Of a DNA stretch of 64,000 nt, positions 18,547 through 29,900 are shown piece after piece; position 1 is the stretch's first letter; every line of letters starts with the position of its first letter. The notes beneath the pieces are model-generated. The model was not told the DNA's origin. It saw only the letters and a program-made list of their open reading frames with translations, and ran no database searches. The stretch comes from a virus, in the IMG/VR virus record IMGVR_UViG_3300044641_005643; one strand, 5' to 3'. A program made the position numbers and the translations under genes.

Positions 18547-20042
18547 TGGCACAAAATAAATCAAGTCAAGGCAGAATTCCAGACTGGGCAGGTACTTCTG
18601 GTTACTACAGTTCAATATCAGGTGTCAAATTTGACCCTGGTCCCTTTTTAGGTATAATCAAAAATAATGCTGATCCTGCTAGAGCCGGGCGTCTGGCAGT
18701 ATGGGTTCCAGCCATTGGCGGTGACGAGTCAGAAGCAGACAAATGGTTCATAGTAAGATATGCCAGTCCGTTTTTTGGAAGCACGCTGGGACTATCCAGT
18801 GATGACACAAAAAATTTCAATGTGTCGCAACAGACTTATGGCTTTTGGGCGGTACCACCAGACATTGGTAACCATGTGTTAATTACATTTGTCATGGGCG
18901 ATCCCAATCAGGGATTTTGGTTTGCTTGCGTACCTAATCTTCCCACTACAGCGATGGTACCGGCAATTTCCAGACCTGATGGCAAAAATATTGGCACCAC
19001 AAAAATAACTGAAGATCCTATATTTGGTGCAGGTAGAATTTCAAGTGACAGCTATTTGCCCACTTCAGAATTGGTGGCACAAAATCAAAAAAGTGACACA
19101 GATCCTAAGTTTTTTGAACTGCCTAGGGTAGTTCATACCTATCAGGCCAACATAGTGCTAGAACAAGGTCTAGACAAAGATCCCATACGCGGTACAGTCA
19201 CAAGCAGTAGTCAAAGAGAAACTCCCAGTCAAGTGGTTGGTTTGAGTAGCCCAGGTCGCAGCATCCCCGACACAGCCGAATTTCCCAATCTGGAAACTTT
19301 GTTAAAAGAAGACGGATTAAAGGTAGCCACGGTTCAACAGTTTCCAAATAGAAAAGGCGGCCATTCGCTTGTGATGGACGATGGCGATATTTTTGGAAAC
19401 AGTAGGCTAACTAGATTGAGAAGCAGTGGCGGACATCAAATATTAATGCATGATACTGAGAATATCATGTACATCAGCAACAGTCTTGGAACCAGCTGGG
19501 TGGAATTGACGCCCGATGGCAGTATCAACATTTTTAGCAACAGCAATGTAAGCATACGTGCGCAACAAGATATAAATTTTCATGCTGACAACAACATAAA
19601 CATTCACAGTGGCAATGAATTAAAAATTTTTGCAGCCAAGCAGTTTATTAATGAAACACAAAGTTATCAACTTACGGCTGACAAAAATATATCAATGAAC
19701 GCAGGTAATATTGGACTTAAAAGTGGTACCACACTGTTGATGGAAGCAGTAACAGGCGGATGGAAAACTTCTGGGGACATTGTGTTGAAAGGAAGAAACA
19801 TTTATCTAAACACATATGATCCCGAGTTACCTCTTACCAATCAACCTTTAGAATTCTACAAACAGGCAAATGTCAGTTACAGTACGGATAAAAAGTTGTG
19901 GGAACCATCAGATGAAACATTTGAGAGCTTATCTCCGTATGCGCCAACACATGAACCTTGGACAAGACAATCAGGTCAATTGAAGAAAAATGATGGCACG
20001 GTAGTAGAACCATCACCACAAACTCCAGGACCAGCAGCATGA
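18546..20042 (+). CDS. gp5: Baseplate central spike (gp5/VgrG OB-fold with beta-helix), no internal lysozyme
   Basis: DPARAGRLAVWVP, YGFWAVPPDIGNHVLITF..GDP, RSSGGHQILMHD, followed by beta-helix-like repeats. Confidence 0.8.
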   Translation: MAQNKSSQGRIPDWAGTSGYYSSISGVKFDPGPFLGIIKNNADPARAGRLAVWVPAIGGDESEADKWFIVRYASPFFGSTLGLSSDDTKNFNVSQQTYGFWAVPPDIGNHVLITFVMGDPNQGFWFACVPNLPTTAMVPAISRPDGKNIGTTKITEDPIFGAGRISSDSYLPTSELVAQNQKSDTDPKFFELPRVVHTYQANIVLEQGLDKDPIRGTVTSSSQRETPSQVVGLSSPGRSIPDTAEFPNLETLLKEDGLKVATVQQFPNRKGGHSLVMDDGDIFGNSRLTRLRSSGGHQILMHDTENIMYISNSLGTSWVELTPDGSINIFSNSNVSIRAQQDINFHADNNINIHSGNELKIFAAKQFINETQSYQLTADKNISMNAGNIGLKSGTTLLMEAVTGGWKTSGDIVLKGRNIYLNTYDPELPLTNQPLEFYKQANVSYSTDKKLWEPSDETFESLSPYAPTHEPWTRQSGQLKKNDGTVVEPSPQTPGPAA

Positions 20043-21628
20043 GCAACGTAGGCATAGAACTTGCAACCAATTATGCAGTCTCAAGCCCGGCTTCAAGAGC
20101 ATTATTGGCAAATGTTAATGCTCCTGTGGGCATAAATCTCAGCCAGTTTCAATCCGGAATACCAACTCTCAGTCGATTTGATATCAAGTGCTTGTTGGTT
20201 CAACTAGGAGAACTAGAAAGCAATTCAAATTCAACACTGGTCACAGTTGGCTATCCTCAACAAGGTGTGTTTGTTGGCAATGTTACTGCCGGCCAAACTC
20301 AAGTGACCATATCTAATTTAGATAATACCAAGATCAAAATTGGAACAGTGGCAAATTTAACTGTGAGTAGTGATGGTAGTTTCGGCAATAACACGTTGAT
20401 AGTAGGCAAATCTGTTGGTGGTAATATAGTGGCTGGTAATTTTGTTGTTGGATGTACATATACTGTAACCAGCATTGGCAACACAGACTTTGGGACAGTT
20501 GGAGGTCAAAATATAATTGGTAATGTGTTTATTGCTAACACATCAGGAACTGGCACAGGTACTGCTAGTACTAGCAACAATCAAATTATTTTAGCCAGTA
20601 ATAACACAGTTACAGGTACTGTGAGGTTTTTTGTTAATCCGTTAAAACTTGGCAAGTATCAAGTTTCACAAACGCTTCTAATCAATGCTGGTTATTTACA
20701 GGCCAATGGTGCATGGTCAGGCAAGGATGGTATAGATAGTAACGAAATATTTTTGTCAGCCGCTTATATTCAAGATTTAATAGTTAAAAATTACATTGAA
20801 GAAAAATACATAGAACTGATAAGAACCAAAGCCATACGAGCAGGAGACACTAGAGACGTAGTTGCTGGAATGTTGGCACTGGCGTACCAATATCAAGATT
20901 TTGGCAATCCAGACCTGGCACAAAACGTTCTTAACACCGATGGTACAGTAAATGTTGAAAACTATTCGGTTGGTCATAGAGCTAATGTATGGAGAAACAC
21001 AGGACAAACTGTAGATAGTCAAGGTCGTCCGGGACATATCTATTTTAATGCAGGTAGATATGCTGTAACTACACTTGGTGCAGATGTAATAGGTGGAGAC
21101 ACACCAGGCGAAGTTACAGCACCAATACCACAAGTTTTAACACCACCAATCACGCCTAGCGTTGTAATTAGCACCAGCATTGATGCTTCGGTTGTAGGTA
21201 ATCTTACTGTTGGTGGTAATATTATTGCTAGTGGAAACATCCTAACCACTGGAAACATCCTAACCACTGGAAACATCCTAACCACTGGTAATATCACTGC
21301 TTCTACCGGCAACTTAATTATTAACGGAAACATCATTCCGGGTTCAAATGTAATTTACAATTTAGGAAATACAACCAATCGTTTCAAAGATTTGTGGTTG
21401 TCAGGTACGTCAATTTATTTAGGCAACTCTAACATCAGTAGAGTTGGATCAAATATTACTCTCTCTAGTGCAGAAGGAGATAGGGCCAATTTATTACTTG
21501 GTAACGTATTTTCTAATATAACTTACATTAGCGAAGGACTACGCTGGTCAGGGAACGGAGCATCCTTTAGTGAAGGAACTTCTACCGCTATAGTTTATGC
21601 ATACAATATGTTTTATGGAGGTTTTTAA
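20039..21628 (+). CDS. Virion protein: interrupted lysozyme-like domain plus beta-rich fibre-like tail
   Basis: LGELES...LGKYQ...W.GKDGI...FL....QD pattern. C-terminal GNI repeats and YNLGNTTNRFKDLWLSG. Confidence 0.45.
   Translation: MSNVGIELATNYAVSSPASRALLANVNAPVGINLSQFQSGIPTLSRFDIKCLLVQLGELESNSNSTLVTVGYPQQGVFVGNVTAGQTQVTISNLDNTKIKIGTVANLTVSSDGSFGNNTLIVGKSVGGNIVAGNFVVGCTYTVTSIGNTDFGTVGGQNIIGNVFIANTSGTGTGTASTSNNQIILASNNTVTGTVRFFVNPLKLGKYQVSQTLLINAGYLQANGAWSGKDGIDSNEIFLSAAYIQDLIVKNYIEEKYIELIRTKAIRAGDTRDVVAGMLALAYQYQDFGNPDLAQNVLNTDGTVNVENYSVGHRANVWRNTGQTVDSQGRPGHIYFNAGRYAVTTLGADVIGGDTPGEVTAPIPQVLTPPITPSVVISTSIDASVVGNLTVGGNIIASGNILTTGNILTTGNILTTGNITASTGNLIINGNIIPGSNVIYNLGNTTNRFKDLWLSGTSIYLGNSNISRVGSNITLSSAEGDRANLLLGNVFSNITYISEGLRWSGNGASFSEGTSTAIVYAYNMFYGGF
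21233..21286 (+). repeat. Exact 18 bp tandem repeat x3 (GGAAACATCCTAACCACT = GNILTT)
   Basis: Three identical copies read directly from the sequence. Confidence 0.95.
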
Positions 21629-22021
21629 ATGTCAGCACCAAATGTTTTAAATATTAAGACAGTGTTAAGCAAACGTAATTATTTGAACTTAACCACAACT
21701 CTTACTAATGTCATAGTAAATTCGAGCACATCAGGAAATCTAATTAAAGTGAGCGAACTTTCTATTTCAAATACCACAGCCAGTGCCATTACTACAAACG
21801 TGACCGTTGGACGTAGCACAACTATAAGTTATCTAGCGGGTAACATGTCTATTCCGGCTAATTCAACTCTAACTTTAGTTGCTAGAGATAATGCTTTTTA
21901 TATGGAAGAAGGAGATTATCTTGGTGCTAATACAACGTCAGCTGGGGCTAGTTCGCTATTTGGAACATGGCTTTCGTGTTCGTTTGAAGTCACTTCAATG
22001 AACGCATTTTTAGGTTATTAA
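21629..22021 (+). CDS. Small beta-rich virion-associated hypothetical protein
   Basis: MSAPNVLN..., SIPANSTL, FYMEEGD. Typical small gene preceding Gly-rich fibre genes. Confidence 0.6.
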   Translation: MSAPNVLNIKTVLSKRNYLNLTTTLTNVIVNSSTSGNLIKVSELSISNTTASAITTNVTVGRSTTISYLAGNMSIPANSTLTLVARDNAFYMEEGDYLGANTTSAGASSLFGTWLSCSFEVTSMNAFLGY

Positions 22022-22025
22022 TCAA

Positions 22026-22988
22026 ATGCGATCTAGAGCTAATTTTGGAATAATAGGTCAGCAAAGACCGCTTTATACTGGAGTTGGTGGTTTAGTATCC
22101 CCTTCGGATTTATTTTTATCAAGCGGACAAGTGCCAATTGAAATTTTTTGTTGGGGAGGCGGAGGTGGAGGTGGCACAGTGGGCGGATGGACTTTTGGAG
22201 CCCCGGGCGGTGGCGGGGGTGCTGCCTATGGAATATATGCTTTGACCGCACCAATTTCTTTTACAATAATGGTAGGCGGAGGCGGAGCAGTCAATACCAC
22301 AGTCGGAGCAGCCGGAGGTGGTGGAGCCAGCTCCAACGGAAACGACAACCAATATGGATCCGGAGGGGGTGGATTAAGCGGCGTTTTTTTCAGTAGTGTT
22401 GGATATAGTCAAGCCGGCGCTTTACTGATTGCTGGTGGCGGCGGTGGTGGTGGATCAAGTCGTGCAGGCACAGGAAATCAAGGTGGTGGCGGTGGCGGCA
22501 CCAACGGAGAAAATGGTTACAGTCCATATGACGGTAAGACAGCATTTGGCGGCGGAGGCGGAACACAGTCTGCAGGTGGCACTGCAACAGGAGGAAATCC
22601 TGGAACAGCATTGCAGGGCGGCACACCTGGCTTAAGCAGTTATGGAGGCGGAGGCGGTGGCGGTTATTGGGGCGGTGCCGGTGGTGGATATTCAGAATCT
22701 AATACAATGGGTGGTGGAGGTGGCGGGTCTGGATTTGGTAGAACCGCATCACTTTTGACCTTTTTATTAACTGTTGGAAGTGCAACCACTCCTGGAGATA
22801 ATGGAAATAGTTTGAGAGGCAGCTATGGAAATGCTGGAGCAGTTGCTAGCGCAGGCACGCAAGGAGTTGTAATTATAAGATATCCTGGCTCACCGCGTAG
22901 TAGCAGCGGAACTATTACTCAGTCAAACAATTTAACAACTCACACTTTTACCACTGTGGGAATTAATAGTATGATTCTTGCATTTTAA
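22026..22988 (+). CDS. Glycine-rich tail fibre/adhesin-like protein
   Basis: CWGGGGGGG, many poly-Gly runs, C-terminal GVVIIRYP...HTFT. Confidence 0.7.
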   Translation: MRSRANFGIIGQQRPLYTGVGGLVSPSDLFLSSGQVPIEIFCWGGGGGGGTVGGWTFGAPGGGGGAAYGIYALTAPISFTIMVGGGGAVNTTVGAAGGGGASSNGNDNQYGSGGGGLSGVFFSSVGYSQAGALLIAGGGGGGGSSRAGTGNQGGGGGGTNGENGYSPYDGKTAFGGGGGTQSAGGTATGGNPGTALQGGTPGLSSYGGGGGGGYWGGAGGGYSESNTMGGGGGGSGFGRTASLLTFLLTVGSATTPGDNGNSLRGSYGNAGAVASAGTQGVVIIRYPGSPRSSSGTITQSNNLTTHTFTTVGINSMILAF

Positions 22989-23005
22989 TCAGCAAGAAAT
23001 CCAAA

Positions 23006-23011
23006 TAAATA
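23006..23011 (+). promoter_or_regulatory. Putative late promoter core for gp25
   Basis: AATAAATA ending 5 nt before ATG 23017. Confidence 0.5.
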
Positions 23012-23016
23012 CAGAT

Positions 23017-23397
23017 ATGGCCATTAATAGATACCGTGGTTTTAGCACTATAAATCAATACAAAAAATTCAGATTAACTGATTTGGAATTGATAAAACGT
23101 GATTTACTCAATACTTTTTCTATCAGAAAAGGTGAAAAACTTATGAATCCAAATTTTGGCAGCATAATTTGGAACGTGTTATTCGAACCTTTAACAGCAG
23201 ATGTCAAAGCACTTGTAGTTGCTGATATTCAGCGTGTGGTCAGCTATGATCCTAGATTGAGAGTGGACAATGTGCTGGTTGATCAATTTGAATACGGCTT
23301 ACAAATTCAAATTGAACTTACTTTTCTACCCGACAATCTCAGTGATGTACTAGCAATACAGTTTGATCGCGATAGTAACAGTTTAGCAGCCACATAA
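23017..23397 (+). CDS. gp25: Baseplate wedge subunit, gp25-like
   Basis: DLELIKRDLLN...RKGEKLMNPNFGSIIW..LFEP...YDPR. Start corrected to ATG 23017. Confidence 0.9.
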   Translation: MAINRYRGFSTINQYKKFRLTDLELIKRDLLNTFSIRKGEKLMNPNFGSIIWNVLFEPLTADVKALVVADIQRVVSYDPRLRVDNVLVDQFEYGLQIQIELTFLPDNLSDVLAIQFDRDSNSLAAT

Positions 23398-23419
23398 AAG
23401 TACCATATAAATTTCCAGA

Positions 23420-23425
23420 TAAATA
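23420..23425 (+). promoter_or_regulatory. Putative late promoter core for gp6
   Basis: GATAAATA upstream of AGGT SD and ATG 23446. Confidence 0.5.
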
Positions 23426-23445
23426 TTAAACAATAGGTATCAACA

Positions 23446-26400
23446 ATGGCAATCACTACAAGGCAAACAAGTTTATTAGTTCAACAAGATTGGACTAAAA
23501 TTTATCAAACTTTCAGAGAAGCAGATTTTCAAAGTTTTGACTACGAAACTTTGCGAAAATCCATGATCGAGTATCTGCGTACTTACTACCCAGAAGATTT
23601 CAACGATTTCACTGACAGTTCCGAATACATTGCCCTGATTGATTTGATTGCGTTTTTGGGTCAAAGTCTGGCATTTAGAACCGATCTTAATGCTAGAGAA
23701 AATTTTATTGATACTGCAGAACGTAGAGACAGCATTTTAAAACTGGCAAGATTGGTAAGTTATAACCCAAAACGCAGCATTCCAGCATCAGGATTTTTAA
23801 AATTTGATAGTGTAAGCACAACAGAAACAATATTTGATACCACTGGTATCAATTTAAGCAACACAATTGTGAATTGGAACGATAGTGCAAATGAAAATTG
23901 GTTAGAACAATTCACAACAATTCTCAACTTGGCCTTGGTGCCATCGCAAGCGATAGGCAAGCCAGCATCATCAAAAACCTTGAACAATGTCAAAGTTGAT
24001 GAATATACAGTATCTACACTGTCTGGTTTAATACCAACATATCCATTCACGGCAGCTGTATCTGGTGTAAATTATCCATTTGAAATTGTAAGCGCAACCA
24101 GTGTAAATCAAGAGTATATCTACGAAGCTGCACCTATTCCTGGTGGCAATTTTAATATTTTATATAAAAATGATAATCAAGGAAATGCCAGCAATAACAC
24201 AGGTTTCTTTTTCTTTTTTAAACAAGGAAGCTTGAACAATCTTGATTTTGTTATTACAGAAAATTTACCAAATAGAATCGTCAATATTAACTTTGACAAC
24301 ATCAACAACACAGATGTGTGGTTGTATAGTCTTGCCTCTAACGGATTCTTGGACACAATTTGGACACAGGTTCCGGCGGTCAATGGAACCAACGTAATTT
24401 ACAACAACACTGCCGAGAGAAATCTTTATAGTGTTGCATCAAGAGCAAATGATCAAATTGATTTAGTTTTTGGCGACGGAAGTTTTACCAATTCGCCAGT
24501 GGGTAATTTTAGAGTTTATTATAGAACTGGAAATAACTTAACATACAAGATTACTCCTGATGAAATGTCTGGAGTAACTATCACTATTCCTTACAGAGGC
24601 CGAACTGGTAGAGCAGAAACTTTGACTGTCAGAGTCAGCCTACAATATACCGTATCTAACGCAATATCAAGAGAATCTCTAGACAGCATTAGAACAAACG
24701 CTCCTCAGCAGTATTATACGCAGAATCGTATGGTAACTGGAGAGGATTATAATATATTACCATTCACTACATTCAGCAATATCCTAAAGCTCAAAGCTGT
24801 TAACAGAACAAGTTCTGGAACAAGTAGATATCTTGATGTGATTGACACTACAGGAAAATATTCAAGCACAAATATTTTTGCAGAGGATGGCATAATTTAC
24901 AAAGACACATCATATGCAGAAACAGAATATTTTCAATTTACCAGCAGTATTGAAGTCAATGCAATTGTTAGAAATGTTTTAAAGCCTCTTATCAGCAGCA
25001 AAACCAGTAGTCACCTTTATTATGATACTGCCACTAGATCCAGTCCAATTGGAGCTACTATAAATGCCACCAGCATGGTAGCAGGAAACAGTTATAAAAT
25101 TGTATCAACCGGAACCACTCTATTTACAACAGTGGGTGCAACTAGCAATGCGGTAGGAACATTGTTCCAGGCAACAGCAGCGGGAACTGGCACCGGAACA
25201 GTTGCAATTATGCCAAGTTGGACACAAACACAAGTGGCCAGTGGGCGCAGCTTGGGAACATTCTCTAGTCCTTCCTATACATTTCTTGTGCAAGGCAGTC
25301 TAATAAAGTTTGTGCCACCCACTGGCAAGTACTTTGATGCTCAAAATCAAATACAGACTGGAACTCCTACCACGGAATATCAACGCACTGAATTATGGGC
25401 CAGCGTTATAAATTATGACACACCGGGTCCTGCAGAAACAGCCACATTGAGTGTGGTGGTTCCCACTGGGGCTATTATAAGTCAAATTGTTCCTGTGTTT
25501 GCCAACGACTGGTCAGAATCTTTAATAGCAGATATCGTGGCGCAAATATTAAGTTTTAAAACCTTTGGCCTACGTTATGATGTACCATCAATGTCATGGA
25601 AAATTATTGAAAGTCAGAATTTAGGCACAGGAGATTTCAGTTTGACCAATGCTGGTAGTACAGCAGGAACAGCATTAGACAACAGTTGGTTTTTAAATCT
25701 TTCATATTTAAACGGGCAATATACCGCAGTCAGTAGAGGCATAGATTATTACTTCCAAAGCGAAAGAGAAACAAGATTTTACTTTGATCCAGATATAAGA
25801 GTTTATGACAGTAGAACAGCTACAACTCTTGTTGATAGTATCAAAGTATTGCGTACCAACACTTTGCCAGATTCTAGCGATGCTTTGTATTACAGTCAAA
25901 CTTATCGTATTTGGGAAAGAGCATTTGGACCAAATGGAACAGAAGATAATAGAAAAATAAGAGTTACCTTTCCTGATGACAATTTGGATGAAGTACCAGA
26001 CAATCCAGATCTTTTCGTTACGCTGATCGAGCCCTCAGTAAATGCACGTAACAAATTAATTTATTTTGTACAAAATAGAAATCAATATGATTTCTTGCAG
26101 TACGATCCATTGGATCAAAGCAATGTTGTCAGTGAGTATGACACAGAAAATGAAATCTTAAATTTTATTTCTTTGTATGCATCAGGAACAATTTTTTATG
26201 CATTTGAAGAGCAATTATTTTATGTATCTAATGGTACATCTTTGACTCAATCAGATTCCTACATAGCTTTTGTTGGCAGACAAAATTTACAATTTCAATA
26301 TAGACACAATGCACCTAACACAAGAAGAATTGATCCAAGTCCCAACAACTTGATTGATTTTTATATTCTTACAAAAAGTTATTCTGATGATTATTTTGCC

Positions 26401-26907
26401 TATATCAATGATACCAGCGGAAAAATTACAGAACCAACACCGCCATCAGCTGCTGAACTCAAAACTGAGTTTAGTTCAATTGAATCTTACAAAACTGTTA
26501 GTGACAGTATAATTTATAATCCTGCGGTGTTTAAACCTTTATTTGGTAACAAAGCACAAGCAAGTTTGCGAGCAACTTTCAAAGTAATTAAAAACCCAAA
26601 CATTATTATTAGCGACAATGAAATTAAAAGTCAGGTAATTGCAGCAATAAATGATTATTTTAATATTAACAATTGGGATTTTGGCGAAACTTTTTATTTC
26701 AGTGAGTTGAGTGCATATCTACACACGTCGTTGGTCCCCAATGTAAGCAGCATTGTAATTGTTCCTGCCGATACAAGCTCGCAATTTGGAAATTTATATC
26801 AAATTAACGCAGACCCAGATGAAATTTTGGTAAGTGCTGCCACAGTAGATAGTGTACAAGTCATTTCAGCGATAACAGCATCACAATTAAACATTAATGT
26901 AACGTAG
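23446..26907 (+). CDS. gp6: Baseplate wedge subunit, gp6-like (1153 aa)
   Basis: DYETLR..MIEYL...F.DF..SS, ENFIDTAERRDSILKLA..VSYNPKR, FGDG, ESLDSIRTNAP..Y.TQNRMVTGEDY. Confidence 0.88.
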   Translation: MAITTRQTSLLVQQDWTKIYQTFREADFQSFDYETLRKSMIEYLRTYYPEDFNDFTDSSEYIALIDLIAFLGQSLAFRTDLNARENFIDTAERRDSILKLARLVSYNPKRSIPASGFLKFDSVSTTETIFDTTGINLSNTIVNWNDSANENWLEQFTTILNLALVPSQAIGKPASSKTLNNVKVDEYTVSTLSGLIPTYPFTAAVSGVNYPFEIVSATSVNQEYIYEAAPIPGGNFNILYKNDNQGNASNNTGFFFFFKQGSLNNLDFVITENLPNRIVNINFDNINNTDVWLYSLASNGFLDTIWTQVPAVNGTNVIYNNTAERNLYSVASRANDQIDLVFGDGSFTNSPVGNFRVYYRTGNNLTYKITPDEMSGVTITIPYRGRTGRAETLTVRVSLQYTVSNAISRESLDSIRTNAPQQYYTQNRMVTGEDYNILPFTTFSNILKLKAVNRTSSGTSRYLDVIDTTGKYSSTNIFAEDGIIYKDTSYAETEYFQFTSSIEVNAIVRNVLKPLISSKTSSHLYYDTATRSSPIGATINATSMVAGNSYKIVSTGTTLFTTVGATSNAVGTLFQATAAGTGTGTVAIMPSWTQTQVASGRSLGTFSSPSYTFLVQGSLIKFVPPTGKYFDAQNQIQTGTPTTEYQRTELWASVINYDTPGPAETATLSVVVPTGAIISQIVPVFANDWSESLIADIVAQILSFKTFGLRYDVPSMSWKIIESQNLGTGDFSLTNAGSTAGTALDNSWFLNLSYLNGQYTAVSRGIDYYFQSERETRFYFDPDIRVYDSRTATTLVDSIKVLRTNTLPDSSDALYYSQTYRIWERAFGPNGTEDNRKIRVTFPDDNLDEVPDNPDLFVTLIEPSVNARNKLIYFVQNRNQYDFLQYDPLDQSNVVSEYDTENEILNFISLYASGTIFYAFEEQLFYVSNGTSLTQSDSYIAFVGRQNLQFQYRHNAPNTRRIDPSPNNLIDFYILTKSYSDDYFAYINDTSGKITEPTPPSAAELKTEFSSIESYKTVSDSIIYNPAVFKPLFGNKAQASLRATFKVIKNPNIIISDNEIKSQVIAAINDYFNINNWDFGETFYFSELSAYLHTSLVPNVSSIVIVPADTSSQFGNLYQINADPDEILVSAATVDSVQVISAITASQLNINVT

Positions 26908-26915
26908 GAATAATA

Positions 26916-29900
26916 ATGGCGGTTTTTAAAACTTTACAATTTTTACCAGAAGTTTTTAGGACAGAAACTAACAAAAAGTTTCTAAATGCTACCACGGATC
27001 AACTTTTAAGTGAGCCAAACCTAGTCAAAGTTTCTGGCTATATTGGAAGAAAATTAGCACCTTCATTCAAAGTTACTGACAGTTACATCACTGAGCCCAC
27101 TCAAGATAGACAAAACTATCAAGTGGAACCTACTATAGTTATTAAAAATCCAGTTTCTAACAAGTTAGAGTTTGCAACTACATACGCAGACATCACTAAC
27201 AAAATTAGTTATTACGGCGGATTTGATAACAATCACAATCGCCTGTTTGACAACGAATACTATTCTTATGATCCTCAAATTGATTTAGACAAATTTGTTA
27301 ATTTTGTTCAATACTATTGGTTAGAAAATGGTCCAGATGAAATTATAATCAGTGCTGCCGATGTGCCAACTGAAGCCACCTTCAATGTTACCTACGACGC
27401 TACAAAAAGATCATATTCAGTAAGTGGCTTTGATGCCATTACCAATCCATTGATAACTTTGGCTCGCGGTGGCTCCTATACGTTTAATATCAATGAACCT
27501 GGAAATAAATTTTTCATCCAGTCCAAACCAGGAGTGTCTGGATTTGATCCAAACTTAAACAATTTAGAAACTAGAACCGTGTTGGGAGTTTCAAACAACG
27601 GGCAGGATGCAGGTGCAGTGACTTTTGATGTGCCGTCGGCTACCGCTCAAATTGAATGGACATTGATGCCAATAGTGGATCAAGTTAACTATGCAACCAG
27701 TTTGAGTTATCAAGATTTACAAGGTTGTTTGATAAGTGATCTTGAAAATCTAGGAGGGTTTGATGGTCCTTCAACATCGTTTGACAACTTGTCAATTGTA
27801 TTTGTTAATAATGAATACATTGATGAACAATACTGGCACAATACTGCAAGAGTGCTCGATGACGTAATCTATCTTGATCAAGATGTTGTGATACCTCTAG
27901 AGCAAAGAACCAGCATTTATCAGACAAGTGTTTATCCTGATGCACAAGGCAATATGCGTTTGTATCTAGCAACAAAATTTAGTGTGCCTAACGAGAACAA
28001 GGTGCGAATTGTATCTGGTTTAGAAAACACTGGTAGAGAATTTTATAAAAGATCAAATATTTTTAATCAGGTACCGTCATTGACAGCAGCTTTGGATTTT
28101 TTGTATTATCAGAGTGATCAATCTGACAATGCTGTTGGGGTTATTAGATTAATTGATTATAATGCATTTACTATTGATCCTGCCACGGAAATTGTAGGAC
28201 AAAAAAATTATGTAAGTCCCAATGGTGTCACATTTACAAATGGACTCAAGGTAACTTTTGATTCAACTGCTGTGGCTCCTTATACAAACAATACCTATTA
28301 TGTAGAAGGTGTTGGTACTTCTATCAAACTCGTAGAAGCAAGCACATTATTTTCTACAGAGTTGGATAACGATTTATCCAATCCTGACTATATTACCATT
28401 AATAGAAGTTCTATTGACAATAACGCATGGTCAAGAAGTAATAGATGGTTTCATGTAAATATTTTAGAAAAAACAGCAGAGTATAACAATACTCAATTGT
28501 TAATTGATCAGAATTTGAGGGCACAACGGCCAATCATAGAATTCAATTCTAATCTACAATTGTTTAACTATGGCACACAAGCAAAAGCTGCCATTGATGT
28601 TTTAGATGATGTAGTCACAAATGCCTACCAACAGATTCAAGGCGTAATAATAAATTATTCGCCTCCCACTGCCCCTACTCAGGCCACATTTAGTATTACA
28701 GTCAATTCTGAATTTTTGAGACCAGGAAGAACGTATAAAATCACTTCGCTAGGAAATACAAATTGGGCCGCTGCAGGAGCTCCTAGCGGATTTGGATTGA
28801 ACACAGAATTTATTGCCATACAAGGTGTACCAGGTACCGGTCAGGCTCAAGATACAGAAACTGTGACTTTTGCTGACGGTGATAGAATCGTTTTTACCGC
28901 AGATGAAGATTTAAATGTTAGAAATAAAATCTACAATTTCAGTATTGAATTATTTTCTACCAATCCTGCTAATGTTTATAAAGCCTATTTTGAAGAAGCT
29001 GAAGATTCTACTATAGAAGATGGCCACACAGTGCCAGTCAATTATGGCAGTAACGGAGCCAAGCAATGGCACTTCAATGGTGTAAGCTGGGTTGATTCAC
29101 AACAAAAGACTTCGATAAATCAACCACCAAAATTTGATATCATTGACAATAATGGTGTCAGTTTAGGTGACAACAACGTGTATCCCCAGTCAAATTTTCA
29201 AGGCACAAAATTATTTTCATACAAGGTAGGTACTGGTACCAATGATACTGTTTTAGGGTTTCCTATCAGTTATAGAAACTTGGCAACTCAAGGCGATATA
29301 ATTTTTGAAAATAATTTTGATATAGACGCCTTTACCTATAGGTCGTCGGCCGGACTTGAATTGACCGGAACTATCAATTCTGGTTTATTGCAAAAAAATA
29401 TTACAAGAACGACCAGTAGTAGAATTAACATTTGGCAAATAAATTTAAATTTCAGCCAACAATATCAGATTTTCAATTTTATCTATGATGGAACTACCAA
29501 TCTGTTCCCCATTGATATTTTGCCTGATGTAACACTAGATAGTCCCAATATCAAAGTAACTATTAATAATGTTAGAGTAGAAAATGGAAATTTTGCCATT
29601 ACTCAAATAAATGAAAGATTGGCAATTTTAATAAATCCTAGTCTTTTACAAGTTAATGATGCAGTTTTTGTCAGCATTTTTAACTCACAAGAAACATCAA
29701 GAGATGCCTTTTACGAAGTTCCACTAAACTTAGATAACAATTCTTTAAACATCAACACCACAGAGCTTACTCTTGGACAAATGCGTAATCATTTGATTGC
29801 ATTTAAAAACAATAGTCTTGACATAGTGGGAACAGTACCAGGTAAGAGCAATTTAAGAGATATTTTCTACACCAATCGTGGCGGTGCAATCCTACAGCAC

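Noticed and set aside
22978-23016. ORF-track TTG start for gp25
   Set aside because: It overlaps the upstream gene. ATG 23017 follows the late-promoter core.
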